Virus record (IMG/VR): IMGVR_UViG_3300028800_000062
Coordinates: 64,001-128,000 of that record
Length of the DNA: 64,000 nt
Strand: one strand, 5' to 3'
DNA from: a virus
The notes under the pieces were generated by a model. That model was not told the DNA's origin and searched no databases. It saw only the letters and a program-made list of their open reading frames with translations. Below, piece by piece: positions 28,869-38,751 of the stretch. The position numbers and the translations under genes are program-made. How positions within the stretch are numbered: position 1 is the stretch's first letter; each line of letters begins with the position of its first letter.

Positions 28869-29653
28869 TAGAGCGCCCGAGCAAGTACGTGTAGGATCCC
28901 CGTCGGCGCGGTTGTGTCTGTGATCAGGTTTACGGTCAATCCTGAACCGTTCGCCAGTTTGACGAAGTCGCCGACCACGACGGCATCGAAAGTAGCTGGA
29001 GTGCCGTGACCTGTGGGCGTATCCGCGTCCACCGGGATCTCGATGCTGAACGTGGGGGTGTAATTATTGTCAGCAAAAGGCGGTGAGAACAGCACGGTGA
29101 CCGGATTGATGCCGGCCGGTAGGGCGGTGAACGGGAGAGACAGGCCACGGAAGTTACTGGCCGCCAGGGTAGCGCTCGAAACGCTGGCCGCCATGCTGTT
29201 CAACGTGGTCTGAATACTCAGTACGGAGTTCTGCAGCGCCTGCACGGAGTTCTGCAGGTTGTTCTGGTTGGTGGTGGCCAGGCGGGTCTGCAGGGCCAGA
29301 ATCTGGGCATTGACGCTGTCCATGGAGGCACTGAGGGATTGCTGCGCGTTGGAGAGCGAGGACAGTACATCCGACACCAGGTAGAAGTTGCCGTTCTGGT
29401 CGTGAAACAACGGACTGTCGATACTGCGGCTGGCGTAGGCGGTGGACCCGTCGAGTCCGGAAGCCGCGGCAGTCGGCAGGGCATTAATCACCGGCAGGAT
29501 CTGTTCATTAACCAGGTTGCAGATCTCCGCCAGGTCGTTCAGGACTTCTTCCTGGAAGGCGTTGAAATCGGAACTGGAGGGGGATCCGTTCAGCGGAACT
29601 TTGGCCACCACGGTGGTCAGCTCTACGGTGGGCAGATCAAGGTTCGTATTCAT
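28868..29653 (-). CDS. Structural protein, coiled-coil with small C-terminal beta domain
   Basis: N-terminal GSPSSSDFNAFQEEVLNDL; heptads; start ATG 29653 (alternative GTG 29674). Confidence 0.6.
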   Translation of the reverse strand: MNTNLDLPTVELTTVVAKVPLNGSPSSSDFNAFQEEVLNDLAEICNLVNEQILPVINALPTAAASGLDGSTAYASRSIDSPLFHDQNGNFYLVSDVLSSLSNAQQSLSASMDSVNAQILALQTRLATTNQNNLQNSVQALQNSVLSIQTTLNSMAASVSSATLAASNFRGLSLPFTALPAGINPVTVLFSPPFADNNYTPTFSIEIPVDADTPTGHGTPATFDAVVVGDFVKLANGSGLTVNLITDTTAPTGILHVLARAL

Positions 29654-29670
29654 TGGTAAAAGGTACCCTT

Positions 29671-29689
29671 TCACCAGTTGTTAGTATAG
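29671..29689 (-). promoter_or_regulatory. Candidate late-promoter motif (copy 2)
   Basis: Minus strand CTATACTAACAACTGGTGA, upstream of the 29653 start. Confidence 0.35.
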
Positions 29690-29696
29690 GTGCGGA

Positions 29697-30962
29697 TCAA
29701 TAAACGTTCTCGAGATAAGCACCCGTAAAGATGGGGGTTAATGCCCGGTTGGCACTGGACAACTGCACTCGCAGAGTGGCTGGAACCTGCGCCGGACCTT
29801 GGACGTAGATTACCTGGAACGTGCGGCCGCTTTCGTTCGAGAAGTCCCCGTTGATGATGGGCACGCGGAGCAGCTGCCATTGCAGGTTGACTTCCTGTAC
29901 ACCGACGTACTCGTGCGTCAGTCCCGGCTGCAGCTGTGTAGGATCCAGCCCGTAAGCCACGTTCATGTATTCGTTGGCTGCTACATCCAACACATCGAGA
30001 GAGCTCGGGTATATTGAGGCAGGCAGCATGTAGGGATTCTGGCTGCCAGTGGGGCATAGAACCCAGCTGGTGTTGATCTGAGTGTTCTGTGCCACATCCG
30101 TAACTCCCGGCAAAGACAGGATGTCGTCGGGATTGACCTTTTGTGGCAATTGGTCGCCCAGGGTCAGATAGTAGTTTAGGCCGGCGGGCGCCCGGAAGCG
30201 CACCTGGCTGGTAACCGGCGCGATCATCACCGGCTTGCTCACGAATTCCGAATACAGCTGGTAATCGACGATGTACACGTTCAGGTTCGACAAGCCGAAA
30301 GTGAAAGCGGTTCCGCTCAGAGTATCCGGATGCGTTGGCGTGATCTCCACCCGAAGATACTGAAAAGATTGGTTATTGAACCAGGCATTGACCCTGGATC
30401 CATTCTGCGAAACGCCGGCCGCCGCTTCCCAGGTGACTCCGGTCTGGCTGCCGTAGACCTGGATGACAGGGGTTCCAGGAGGCATGGTGGCGTCAAATAC
30501 CAGCAGCGTAAGGGCCTGCGCATTATAAAGCTGGAGTTCGAAGATGCCGGTGGGCATGGAGTCGTCGGTCAGGCTGACCTGGTACATGTCGCCGAACTGG
30601 TTCACCGTGCCGGTAGCCGAGGAAAAGACCGTCGACTTGATATTAGCCTCCACCAGGGTCGTCGATTCACGCAGAGTGACCGCCTGGCTGTCCGCCCGCA
30701 CCGCGGCGCTGGTCAGGGTCTGGTCAATATCCAGAAAGTCGCTGGTGATGAACCGGCAGGCGATATCCGGCGAGAGCAGTCGCACGGCCCGTTGCCGGCG
30801 GGAGGTCAGCGCATTGAAATCCTGCTCGAAGCGAAACAGGGTGTCCTGCTGAACCTGCGCCATGGCCGCCAGCACTTGGCTGCCGGTGTTCTGCAGTGCA
30901 GACAGCAGCCCCATCAGCTGGCTGGCGGATGACGCCGTGTTATCGCTCAAGTTGGTAGACAT
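29697..30962 (-). CDS. Putative baseplate/tail structural protein
   Basis: Acidic, helical N-terminus plus beta domains; layout parallels the two upstream genes. Confidence 0.55.
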   Translation of the reverse strand: MSTNLSDNTASSASQLMGLLSALQNTGSQVLAAMAQVQQDTLFRFEQDFNALTSRRQRAVRLLSPDIACRFITSDFLDIDQTLTSAAVRADSQAVTLRESTTLVEANIKSTVFSSATGTVNQFGDMYQVSLTDDSMPTGIFELQLYNAQALTLLVFDATMPPGTPVIQVYGSQTGVTWEAAAGVSQNGSRVNAWFNNQSFQYLRVEITPTHPDTLSGTAFTFGLSNLNVYIVDYQLYSEFVSKPVMIAPVTSQVRFRAPAGLNYYLTLGDQLPQKVNPDDILSLPGVTDVAQNTQINTSWVLCPTGSQNPYMLPASIYPSSLDVLDVAANEYMNVAYGLDPTQLQPGLTHEYVGVQEVNLQWQLLRVPIINGDFSNESGRTFQVIYVQGPAQVPATLRVQLSSANRALTPIFTGAYLENVY

Positions 30963-32497
30963 TAGAATGTTCTCCTGAAACTGACTTGGTACAGCCGGGG
31001 CGTGTAATATCCTTTGCGAGCCACCAGGCCGGCATTGGCTAAAGCGGAGGTCTGGTAGCAGATCAGCACGTTGGGCATGCCTTCCGAGCTGGAGAAGGTC
31101 AGCGTATTGCCGTTGAACTGATAGACATCCGGACCCAGCAGAGCGTTGCTCTGGTAAACGGTCAGGGTATTGGGAAGCGGCGTCTCCTGCAATACCAAAG
31201 ACCGGGTGTCGTTGCTGGGCGGGTTCTGCGGCTGGATGTTGATCTTGATGCTGCGCTGCAGGATGTTATTGCCCATATCTAGCGTGGCGATGTTGTTGAT
31301 CTGGAACCAGCCGGTGGTCGCCGGATCCGCGCCTGGGTCATTGATGGGCGAGGCGGCTTGCGCAAAGTTGGCGTCCAGCCTCTGCAGCATAGCGCGGTAC
31401 CAGCAGGTGGTTGCACCAAGATCGATCTCTTGGCCCGGCACAAGCCCCTGGAAGCTGAGCCCGTCATAACTGATTTGATGGGTAATCGAAGTCAACTGGT
31501 CGGCCTGGTGTGAAACGGCATCGAAGTTGACCATTCCCAAGCTGTCAAAGGTGATCGGATCGGTTTGTACTGAAGCTGTGGTGTCGTAGGTGCGTGCGGA
31601 GAAATAGATGTTGCGCAGGGAGATCTGATTGGCGCCGGTTTGGTCCTCGAGCACCAGGCGTAATTGCGAGACATGCCGCGGATCGAAGTCCAGTGTGACA
31701 TCTCCGGAAAACTTGTTGGAGCTGCCATCGAGAGACAAGTCTTCCGCCTGCAGTTCGGCGCGCAGGTCTTCGATGAGCACTCCGTCCGGCGACGAGACCA
31801 ACTTGTTCAGATAAATTCCCTGATAGCTGTTGAGTTCAATGGTGATCCGGTTCAGGATCGTCGGCGTGGCAAAGGTGAAGAACAGTTCCAGCAGGGATCC
31901 ATTCCAGGTCACGTAGGTGGTCAGATCTCCATCCAGCAGGTCGCTAAGGTTGCCGGTCAGTGTCCCCGTATCGCAGTTCACACCCAGGACCACCGTGGAG
32001 GGAACCGCCGGCTGATCCGTGAGCAGTGGCAGGAATGCCGCGCCCACGCCGAAGTCGATCGAGGCAGAGGTGTGTGCCGCGTCGAGCACCTCGTTATCGA
32101 TGAAGTTCTCCTGATACTTCTGGCGGGTGGAGGTATAGACCTGTTTTCGCACCTGCTGGCGCAGTGAGTTCTGGGTAGTGGCTGCCAGATTGAATAACTG
32201 GGCCGCGTCTTGTTCGAGGGCCAGCAGCTGCTGACTGATGCCGAGGGCATCTTGGCTGAGTAGGCTCAGGTTCTGGTATATATCATCCGCCACCGCCGGG
32301 GTCTCACCATGCAAGGGGACCAGCCGGGAGACCTGGTTGCCCTGGGCTATGATGGCATTCAACAGGCTGTAGATCTGGGATTGCAACTCGACTTGCGTGG
32401 GCATGGAGAGACTTCGTGCAGTCTGCAGCAGATTGTTGAGCCTGGACTGCAGAAGTTGGTCTCCACTCGATAAGTTGAGATTGTTGAGAGTAGACAT
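30962..32497 (-). CDS. Putative baseplate/tail structural protein with discoidin-like domain
   Basis: NLSDLLDGDLTTY..FTFATPTILNRITI is discoidin/F5-8C-like; operon context. Confidence 0.55.
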   Translation of the reverse strand: MSTLNNLNLSSGDQLLQSRLNNLLQTARSLSMPTQVELQSQIYSLLNAIIAQGNQVSRLVPLHGETPAVADDIYQNLSLLSQDALGISQQLLALEQDAAQLFNLAATTQNSLRQQVRKQVYTSTRQKYQENFIDNEVLDAAHTSASIDFGVGAAFLPLLTDQPAVPSTVVLGVNCDTGTLTGNLSDLLDGDLTTYVTWNGSLLELFFTFATPTILNRITIELNSYQGIYLNKLVSSPDGVLIEDLRAELQAEDLSLDGSSNKFSGDVTLDFDPRHVSQLRLVLEDQTGANQISLRNIYFSARTYDTTASVQTDPITFDSLGMVNFDAVSHQADQLTSITHQISYDGLSFQGLVPGQEIDLGATTCWYRAMLQRLDANFAQAASPINDPGADPATTGWFQINNIATLDMGNNILQRSIKINIQPQNPPSNDTRSLVLQETPLPNTLTVYQSNALLGPDVYQFNGNTLTFSSSEGMPNVLICYQTSALANAGLVARKGYYTPRLYQVSFRRTF

Positions 32498-32498
32498 G

Positions 32499-34493
32499 TT
32501 AGACCGTGGTTACCTGCAGGAGAAACCGCTCCATTACCGCGTACGGATCCCGCAACACAACTTTGAGATAGAACTGGACCTTGGAGGTGGTTGGAATGGT
32601 GGAAGGTGGAATATAGGAGAAGACCGCTCCAGGCGATATCGGGTAGCCGTTGGGATTCGAAGTCAGCATGGAAGAGGTGACCTGAATCTGGCCGGCGTTG
32701 AAGGGCACGTCGAGCAGATAGAACTGAGCCGTGCCGCAATACTGCGCATCCATCCGGAGAAGTTCTGGAGTGCCTTCCACTTCAAACGGACCGGAGACAA
32801 TTACCCCATAGTCCTGCGGCATGGTGACCTGGTTGTCTTCGCCGCGGATGTCGGTAATCCCCAGATCGTATTGCACTCCGTTGATCTGTGCCGGCTGCGA
32901 GATGTTGATGCGCCGGAAGGAGAATGGCAACACGGCTTGAATACTGACCAGGGCGTCGCGGCGCAACTTATCAGTGGGATCGACGGTGTAACTTTGGTAA
33001 GAGTAATTCTCCTGATATAGCGTCAGTGTGAGACAGGATACCAGCTGCCGGTCAAAGCGAATGGACATCGCCCGATCAAGCAAAACATCTCCGCTCCAGA
33101 TGGTGGATGCCGTATCCGTAGTAAGGCCGGTGGCCTCAAGCGACAGGATGTGCGCCGGAAAAGTACTGAAGGGAGCCAGGTGCAGACCGTCCATGTAGGT
33201 CGGCTTATCCAACTGCACTGTGAGCGTGGCGGTGACCCCGTAGGTAGCTGCCACAGGTGTGTCAATACGCAGCAGATATTCGTCGAGGATCGTCTGCAAC
33301 GGCTCGAGAAATACACCCAGCGGATTGTTCTGATCGTCCAAAATAGGGAATTGGTTATCCTGGATCTGCAGCGGACCGTTGCTGTTCCAGTAGGGATTCG
33401 AGGCGTCGAATACCAGGATGGAACTCCAGTCCTGCTGGTTGAGCGAGCTCTGGTAACCGGGCAGCAAGGCAGTGAACAGAATCGTCAGGGATTTATTGGC
33501 AGTGGAACTCTTTGCCACGAAGCGGCCTAGGGAGTCCACGGTATAATCGATACCCACGTCGTAGCTTTGAGCGTTATCGAGCACCGTGAATTGATCTCCG
33601 GTGACCGGGTAATTGCTGAAGGCGATCGGCACCCCGGCGTCCAGGGTATTGATGGAGGCTTGTATCAGCTGTTCCACCTTGAGGATGCGAACGTAAATCG
33701 GGACATTGCCTGCTGCATTCTGGCCGGAAACCGTCATCACTTCGTTGAAGGATGCGTTCGCCGGAGCCTGCAGCAATGTGACCACCGGAGACTCATAAGT
33801 GAGCAAAGGGCTGCCGTACAGCATGCTCAGCTGGGCGTAATCCGTCCCGGTCTCGTTGTCCAATTCCTGAGCTCCATCCGGAAACTGCCAGGTTAAAGTG
33901 ACGGGAGGATATTGGACCTGTTGAGATGGCACCCCCAGGCCGAACCGCAGGGGTTCACTCTCAAATCCGTCTACCGGATTGAGCATGACGCCAACATCCT
34001 GTACCTGCGCGGTGTAAAGCACTCCGTTGCTCGGATCGGTGAGCGGGATCGTGGAGTCCGTGGGCCCGTGGGTGGCGGCGAAGTCCTGGTAGAACTGGGT
34101 GGCGCCGGATAGTGGACCCTGCCGGGCTACCCATAGCTCGAGATTGCCTTCCGCGAGCAACTGGTCGATCAGCCCGGATTCACTTTCAAGCAGGGTGAGT
34201 AGTCTGCCTATCTTGGTATTGAAGTCCTGTCGTTCCTGGTCGAGCGCGTTGTACCGGGCACTGAGCAGACTCAACATGTAGGTGATCTGATCCGCGGTGG
34301 CGCGATCGCCGGCGGCCAGCATGGGCAATGAAGAGAAATCCTGAGCAGCCTGCTGGAGTTGCGCAATGACGGTCGCGTTCACAAGCGCGCCGCCGCCGTA
34401 GTCTCCAGTAGCCAGGGACTGATTGAGCAGGTCCAATAACTGGTCGTAGTGTTTCGCAACCAGGCCGGACGGATAAGACCCTAGAAGATTCAT
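32499..34493 (-). CDS. Putative baseplate/tail structural protein
   Basis: Start reassigned to MNLLGSYP (ATG 34493, SD AAGGAGG); acidic, beta-rich. Confidence 0.55.
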   Translation of the reverse strand: MNLLGSYPSGLVAKHYDQLLDLLNQSLATGDYGGGALVNATVIAQLQQAAQDFSSLPMLAAGDRATADQITYMLSLLSARYNALDQERQDFNTKIGRLLTLLESESGLIDQLLAEGNLELWVARQGPLSGATQFYQDFAATHGPTDSTIPLTDPSNGVLYTAQVQDVGVMLNPVDGFESEPLRFGLGVPSQQVQYPPVTLTWQFPDGAQELDNETGTDYAQLSMLYGSPLLTYESPVVTLLQAPANASFNEVMTVSGQNAAGNVPIYVRILKVEQLIQASINTLDAGVPIAFSNYPVTGDQFTVLDNAQSYDVGIDYTVDSLGRFVAKSSTANKSLTILFTALLPGYQSSLNQQDWSSILVFDASNPYWNSNGPLQIQDNQFPILDDQNNPLGVFLEPLQTILDEYLLRIDTPVAATYGVTATLTVQLDKPTYMDGLHLAPFSTFPAHILSLEATGLTTDTASTIWSGDVLLDRAMSIRFDRQLVSCLTLTLYQENYSYQSYTVDPTDKLRRDALVSIQAVLPFSFRRINISQPAQINGVQYDLGITDIRGEDNQVTMPQDYGVIVSGPFEVEGTPELLRMDAQYCGTAQFYLLDVPFNAGQIQVTSSMLTSNPNGYPISPGAVFSYIPPSTIPTTSKVQFYLKVVLRDPYAVMERFLLQVTTV

Positions 34494-34651
34494 TGCCGCG
34501 CCGCCTCCTTTACGGCATCGGAAACCGCTTTCCAGCTTTTCTTGATCCGGGGCGGCAGGGCCATCCATTCAGGCAGGATCTTGCCAGTCATGGGACAACG
34601 TCCCTGATTCTCCGTACGGTAGGTTTCGTATGCGATGCCAGCGAGTGTCAT
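34490..34651 (-). CDS. Small phage protein (53 aa, MTLAGIAYETY...LPEWMALPPRIKKSWKAV)
   Basis: ATGA-coupled at both ends; AYExY..LPxWxxLP..W pattern seen in small phage proteins; absent from the ORF track. Confidence 0.6.
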   Translation of the reverse strand: MTLAGIAYETYRTENQGRCPMTGKILPEWMALPPRIKKSWKAVSDAVKEAARQ

Positions 34652-35196
34652 AACACGTCCAAATCAATTCCAAGAGAGAGTCGATATTGCCCAAACTGAG
34701 CCACACCAAACGGTACCCGCAACCGCAGTTGCAGCACCGCCTGGTTGGTGGGAGGGAAAGGCCCCAGCTGTCCGTCCGGCGCGCCCAGGGCTACAGCGCT
34801 CCCCTTCAGCGCCACCCAGGTCGACGGGTCCGACTCAAGGCCATGGTCGGAATCGAACAGAGTCCAGGTGATTCCCTGGTCAAAGCTGATCTCATATCCT
34901 CCTCCCAGTGCCGGCCACACCTGCTGTACCTGCGCCGCGGAATCCCCGGTTAGGTACAACCTGATATTGCTGTAGGTCTGTACATTACCGGTCACCGACT
35001 GACCTTCGAGCTGTGCCTCCAGCCGGTAGTCGCAAGCCGGGTTGCGCAGCACCACGGACTGAATGGTGCTATATTGCGCCGGGAATAGCACACCCTCGAG
35101 CAGTGCCTGGTATTGCCAGGTCTCCTCGGCGAAATCTCCGCCGCGATAAACGATGCTTCCGGTCGGATCGGTCCACTGAACGTGTAGAGGTAGCAT
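34648..35196 (-). CDS. Hypothetical structural protein
   Basis: 182-aa ORF in a tightly packed operon. Confidence 0.55.
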   Translation of the reverse strand: MLPLHVQWTDPTGSIVYRGGDFAEETWQYQALLEGVLFPAQYSTIQSVVLRNPACDYRLEAQLEGQSVTGNVQTYSNIRLYLTGDSAAQVQQVWPALGGGYEISFDQGITWTLFDSDHGLESDPSTWVALKGSAVALGAPDGQLGPFPPTNQAVLQLRLRVPFGVAQFGQYRLSLGIDLDVL

Positions 35197-35201
35197 GATT
35201 C

Positions 35202-36758
35202 CTAAACTCCGTAACCTGCCAGCGCCCCGTCGGCAGGGTAATCGTCTCCGGTCGATGGATCGTAATACCGGACCAGTGCCATGGTTCCCATGGGGATCAC
35301 TGCGTTGATTTTGGCCTGGATCTGAGCAGCGGTGAACTGGTTGAGTATGGAAAGCGGCAGCTCGACTACCAGGGCGCCGCCGGCAGGATAGGGCTTACCG
35401 TCGAGAAAGCCGAGATCCCAGAAGTTGGCAGCTTGCGGGATTGACTGATATGCGGGCGCCAGGCCGCCGCCGCGCTGTCGGACATCGGTCACGGTGATCT
35501 GGTTCAATCCAACTGAAAAACCCACCACCAGGCTGCCGAAGTAGGTCTTGACTCCTGTCGAAGGGCTGGGGTCATTCGTCGAGATCACGTTATTGTTGAT
35601 GTCCCGGACCTCGTGATAAACCACGTGTTTGGGATCTACGGTGGGCTGCGGCTTATAGTAAAAGAACAGAACCATCTCTTTGACCGCCGGGTTAGAGTAA
35701 GGGTTCACGTCCAGTCCACGGTAAATGAAATCCATTTCACTGTAGGAATAGAAACCGAATACCTGGTCGGTAGGGTCCAAATCCACCTGCGTTTGCACTC
35801 GACCGTTCTTGGAATCGATGTCCACCATCTGGGAAAGGCGCCAGGGAAACAGATAGCCTTTATCGGCCGGCTGCTGCAGGTTGGGAGGCAGGCCTTCCAA
35901 AGCGTACTTCAACTGGTAATTGGAGTCGTAGACCAGAATATCCGGATATTGCCGCTGCACCGGATCGAACCAGATGCCGGGCCGCTCGAACTCGATGAGG
36001 TTATTAGCCAGCACCTTGCCGGGTACCCAGCTGGCCAGCTGAAAAGGTAGCACAGGCTGAAAGGGCTGCTGGCCCCATTCCGGCGCCACCGGTCGCAGAT
36101 TGAAGCGGATGCGCGGATACCAGGGATCGTTCGGATGCGTGTTATAGGGGGGCAGCACGGTGTAACCGTTGACCGCCGTAAAACGCAACCGGAAAGTGGT
36201 GTTGCCATCCACCACGGTGATCAATCCAAGGGAATTGAAGATGTAACTGCTGGGGCCGACGGAGTCACTCTGCGACATCACCGGCTGATATTGCAGCAGC
36301 TTGGTGCAATACACCTGGTTGTAGTAATAGTTGATCCAATAAGGACTGCCGTCGAAGGAGTGATAGACGGTCGCCCCGTCGATCAGGTAATTCTCTGTGC
36401 TGACGTTGCCCGCGAGGTCCGTGATCGTAATATTGGTTACCTGATCGCTCGGCAGGGCGTGCTGATAGTAGAGAGGGTTTCCCGAGTTGTCGATCTGATT
36501 GGTGATCTCGAAGAACTGGTTCTGCACCATGTACTGAGATGCCCCGCTGAAGACCACAGTGTTGTTGACTACTTTGGCATCCACCGGGGTTCCGGAAGGA
36601 ACCGGCGTTACGGTAAAGGCGCCGGACAGAAAAGGCGTGCTGTTGACCGTTGTCAGGTCGCTGGCAAGGTAAGGTTTGGCGCTGATGCTGGCAATAGCCA
36701 CAGCACCATCCGGTAAGGCACGCCCGTAATAAAGTTGTGCGACTCCAAGGCTGTCCAT
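35202..36758 (-). CDS. Putative baseplate-region structural protein of large phages
   Basis: C-terminal DVRQRGGGL..FWDLG..DGKPYP..LVVELP block; operon context. Confidence 0.55.
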   Translation of the reverse strand: MDSLGVAQLYYGRALPDGAVAIASISAKPYLASDLTTVNSTPFLSGAFTVTPVPSGTPVDAKVVNNTVVFSGASQYMVQNQFFEITNQIDNSGNPLYYQHALPSDQVTNITITDLAGNVSTENYLIDGATVYHSFDGSPYWINYYYNQVYCTKLLQYQPVMSQSDSVGPSSYIFNSLGLITVVDGNTTFRLRFTAVNGYTVLPPYNTHPNDPWYPRIRFNLRPVAPEWGQQPFQPVLPFQLASWVPGKVLANNLIEFERPGIWFDPVQRQYPDILVYDSNYQLKYALEGLPPNLQQPADKGYLFPWRLSQMVDIDSKNGRVQTQVDLDPTDQVFGFYSYSEMDFIYRGLDVNPYSNPAVKEMVLFFYYKPQPTVDPKHVVYHEVRDINNNVISTNDPSPSTGVKTYFGSLVVGFSVGLNQITVTDVRQRGGGLAPAYQSIPQAANFWDLGFLDGKPYPAGGALVVELPLSILNQFTAAQIQAKINAVIPMGTMALVRYYDPSTGDDYPADGALAGYGV

Positions 36759-36765
36759 ATAGGTT

Positions 36766-38751
36766 TTAGGAAGAAGGAGAAATACTGATGACTGTGATAT
36801 AGACCCACCAGTTCGTCGGATCTGAGGGGGCTGTGCCGTTGATTTGGATCTGCGCTTGCCAGTTATTGGCGGCGTTCGGCGGAATGAGCTGTAGCGCGGT
36901 GAAGTTCATCCGCGGGATGACGGAAAGAGAAGGAATGGCTACGGTGAATCCGCGGTTCCAGTTCTGTGTCGGAAACGGCATGATGTCCCCGTGGCGCAGG
37001 GCTCCATACCCGAAGGCCACTTTGTAGTTGCCCAGCTGCAGGATGTTCCAGTTGAAGGGCTGCGGGTTGGTCTGCGTGGCCGGAGAACTGGAATTGGTTA
37101 ATGTAGGAGTGCCGGAGGCCGCTACGCCGGTAATGTGGGTACCGTCAAATCCCAATACCTGGCCGCTGGTTAGCGCGGCGAGATTGAGGGGCTTCCCTTG
37201 TAGGGCGGATACAGCCGTGGCTGTGGGTGCACCGGTGACATCTCCCTGCAGGTTGGGAATGGATCCACCTCCGGACACCGGCGGCGCCGGCCGCAGAGTG
37301 CCGTTTGAATACGTGAGCACGTCGCCGTTGGCGATCGCCGAATTGTCGCTGCGGGTCTTGGCCACAGGCATACCCTCAAGGGCCACCACAGTTGTACTGC
37401 CCGGGGTACCGTTGACGTCACCTGAAAGCGTGGTGATCGGGGTTCCGCCTCCGCCGCCGCTGCTGCCACCACTTGAGCCGGCTGATAATCCTTTGAGCGC
37501 CATGCCCACCCAGATCATGAAGCCAGTCAGGGTGCTGATTCCAGTCAACCCGGCATCTGCTAAGGCCGGCAGGATCTGTGGATTGGCGATCAGAAGATCG
37601 CCGCCCAGGGTCAAACCTCCCATGGGATTCCCCTGCGAGTCCTTCACCGCGAAAGCGTAGTGACCGGTGGCGGCTCCGGATCCGCCCGGCGTGGCGGCAT
37701 AGGCTTCGAAGTTCTGCGTGTCGCTGACACTGACCGGAGGGTGGGTCAACCCGCTGCGGTCGAGCGGTTTGCCGATGTGATAGCTGAGATCGAGCGGCTG
37801 AGCGGTCTTGTTCTCAAGAGCGGTGAGCCGGTTGCCGTAGCCTGTGAGCACTCCCAGGATGGCCAGGATGTTTGAGTAGGTCCAATCCAGGAAGTCCGTC
37901 AGCTTCGCGCGAAGCGTATCGTAGAAACTCACGTTCGTCGAGACGCCGGGCGGCGTGTTCTGGTATAGCTGGCTATTGATGGGCGTCTGTTGGCCGGCGA
38001 CCGGAACCAGGACACTGACCTTGGTTGTGTCGACAGAGTTGGGGAGAGGCACACGTTGATCGGAAAGCCTGGGATCGTTCGTGGCCGCCGCCACACCTCC
38101 GCTGGTCGAGGTGGAAAGCTGCACGAAACCAGCCTGCTGTGTATTTGCCAGGGCTGCCGTATTGGCATTCAGCAGAATGGACGCAGTCTGTACATTGCCT
38201 GACTTATTGAGCTGCACGACCTGCAGAGCCGTGGTGCTTTTCGAGAGCATCCGGATGGGATCCAGAGGTTCCTGGCTATAGGATTGATCGGTGCTCAAAA
38301 TCAACTGGAGCTGTCCGCGGTTAGCGGTGGCTTCCCCGGTGACGGCATCTGTCAGACTGACGTCCACCAGGCATCCGGACTGTCCGTTATAAGTGCCGTC
38401 GGAAGTGACTCTCCAAAGCACCCAATGCAGGTAGATGTAACCGATACCGCCCACCGGCAGGTTGAGGGTGGTATCCGGCAAGGGCTCCCAAGCCCCATTG
38501 CAGTACACCTTCATGCCCGCTGAGGAGGCCCGGCCGAGAGTTGCCAGGTTACCGTTGATCGAGATGGTTCCATTCGAGATGGCCCCTTCCCGGAACAGGG
38601 TATCGCCAGCATTCAAGTCCTTGGCGACCTGCATGTTCTGCAAGGCTAGGACCTCGGATTGTTCCAGGATGCGGGCGCCCTCGAATTCGACATATCGGTA
38701 TCCTGCGCCATTCTGTGTGGAGCGAACGTCTAACCATGCCATATTGTTCAA
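36766..38751 (-). CDS. Baseplate-anchored tail fibre (DUF4815-like N-terminus), no signal peptide
   Basis: YRYVEFEGARILEQSEVLALQ..GDTLFREG attachment motif; GFVQLS..NDPRLSDQR; two LxGDVxGxP..T.V.AL.G.P repeats. Confidence 0.65.
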   Translation of the reverse strand: MNNMAWLDVRSTQNGAGYRYVEFEGARILEQSEVLALQNMQVAKDLNAGDTLFREGAISNGTISINGNLATLGRASSAGMKVYCNGAWEPLPDTTLNLPVGGIGYIYLHWVLWRVTSDGTYNGQSGCLVDVSLTDAVTGEATANRGQLQLILSTDQSYSQEPLDPIRMLSKSTTALQVVQLNKSGNVQTASILLNANTAALANTQQAGFVQLSTSTSGGVAAATNDPRLSDQRVPLPNSVDTTKVSVLVPVAGQQTPINSQLYQNTPPGVSTNVSFYDTLRAKLTDFLDWTYSNILAILGVLTGYGNRLTALENKTAQPLDLSYHIGKPLDRSGLTHPPVSVSDTQNFEAYAATPGGSGAATGHYAFAVKDSQGNPMGGLTLGGDLLIANPQILPALADAGLTGISTLTGFMIWVGMALKGLSAGSSGGSSGGGGGTPITTLSGDVNGTPGSTTVVALEGMPVAKTRSDNSAIANGDVLTYSNGTLRPAPPVSGGGSIPNLQGDVTGAPTATAVSALQGKPLNLAALTSGQVLGFDGTHITGVAASGTPTLTNSSSPATQTNPQPFNWNILQLGNYKVAFGYGALRHGDIMPFPTQNWNRGFTVAIPSLSVIPRMNFTALQLIPPNAANNWQAQIQINGTAPSDPTNWWVYITVISISPSS

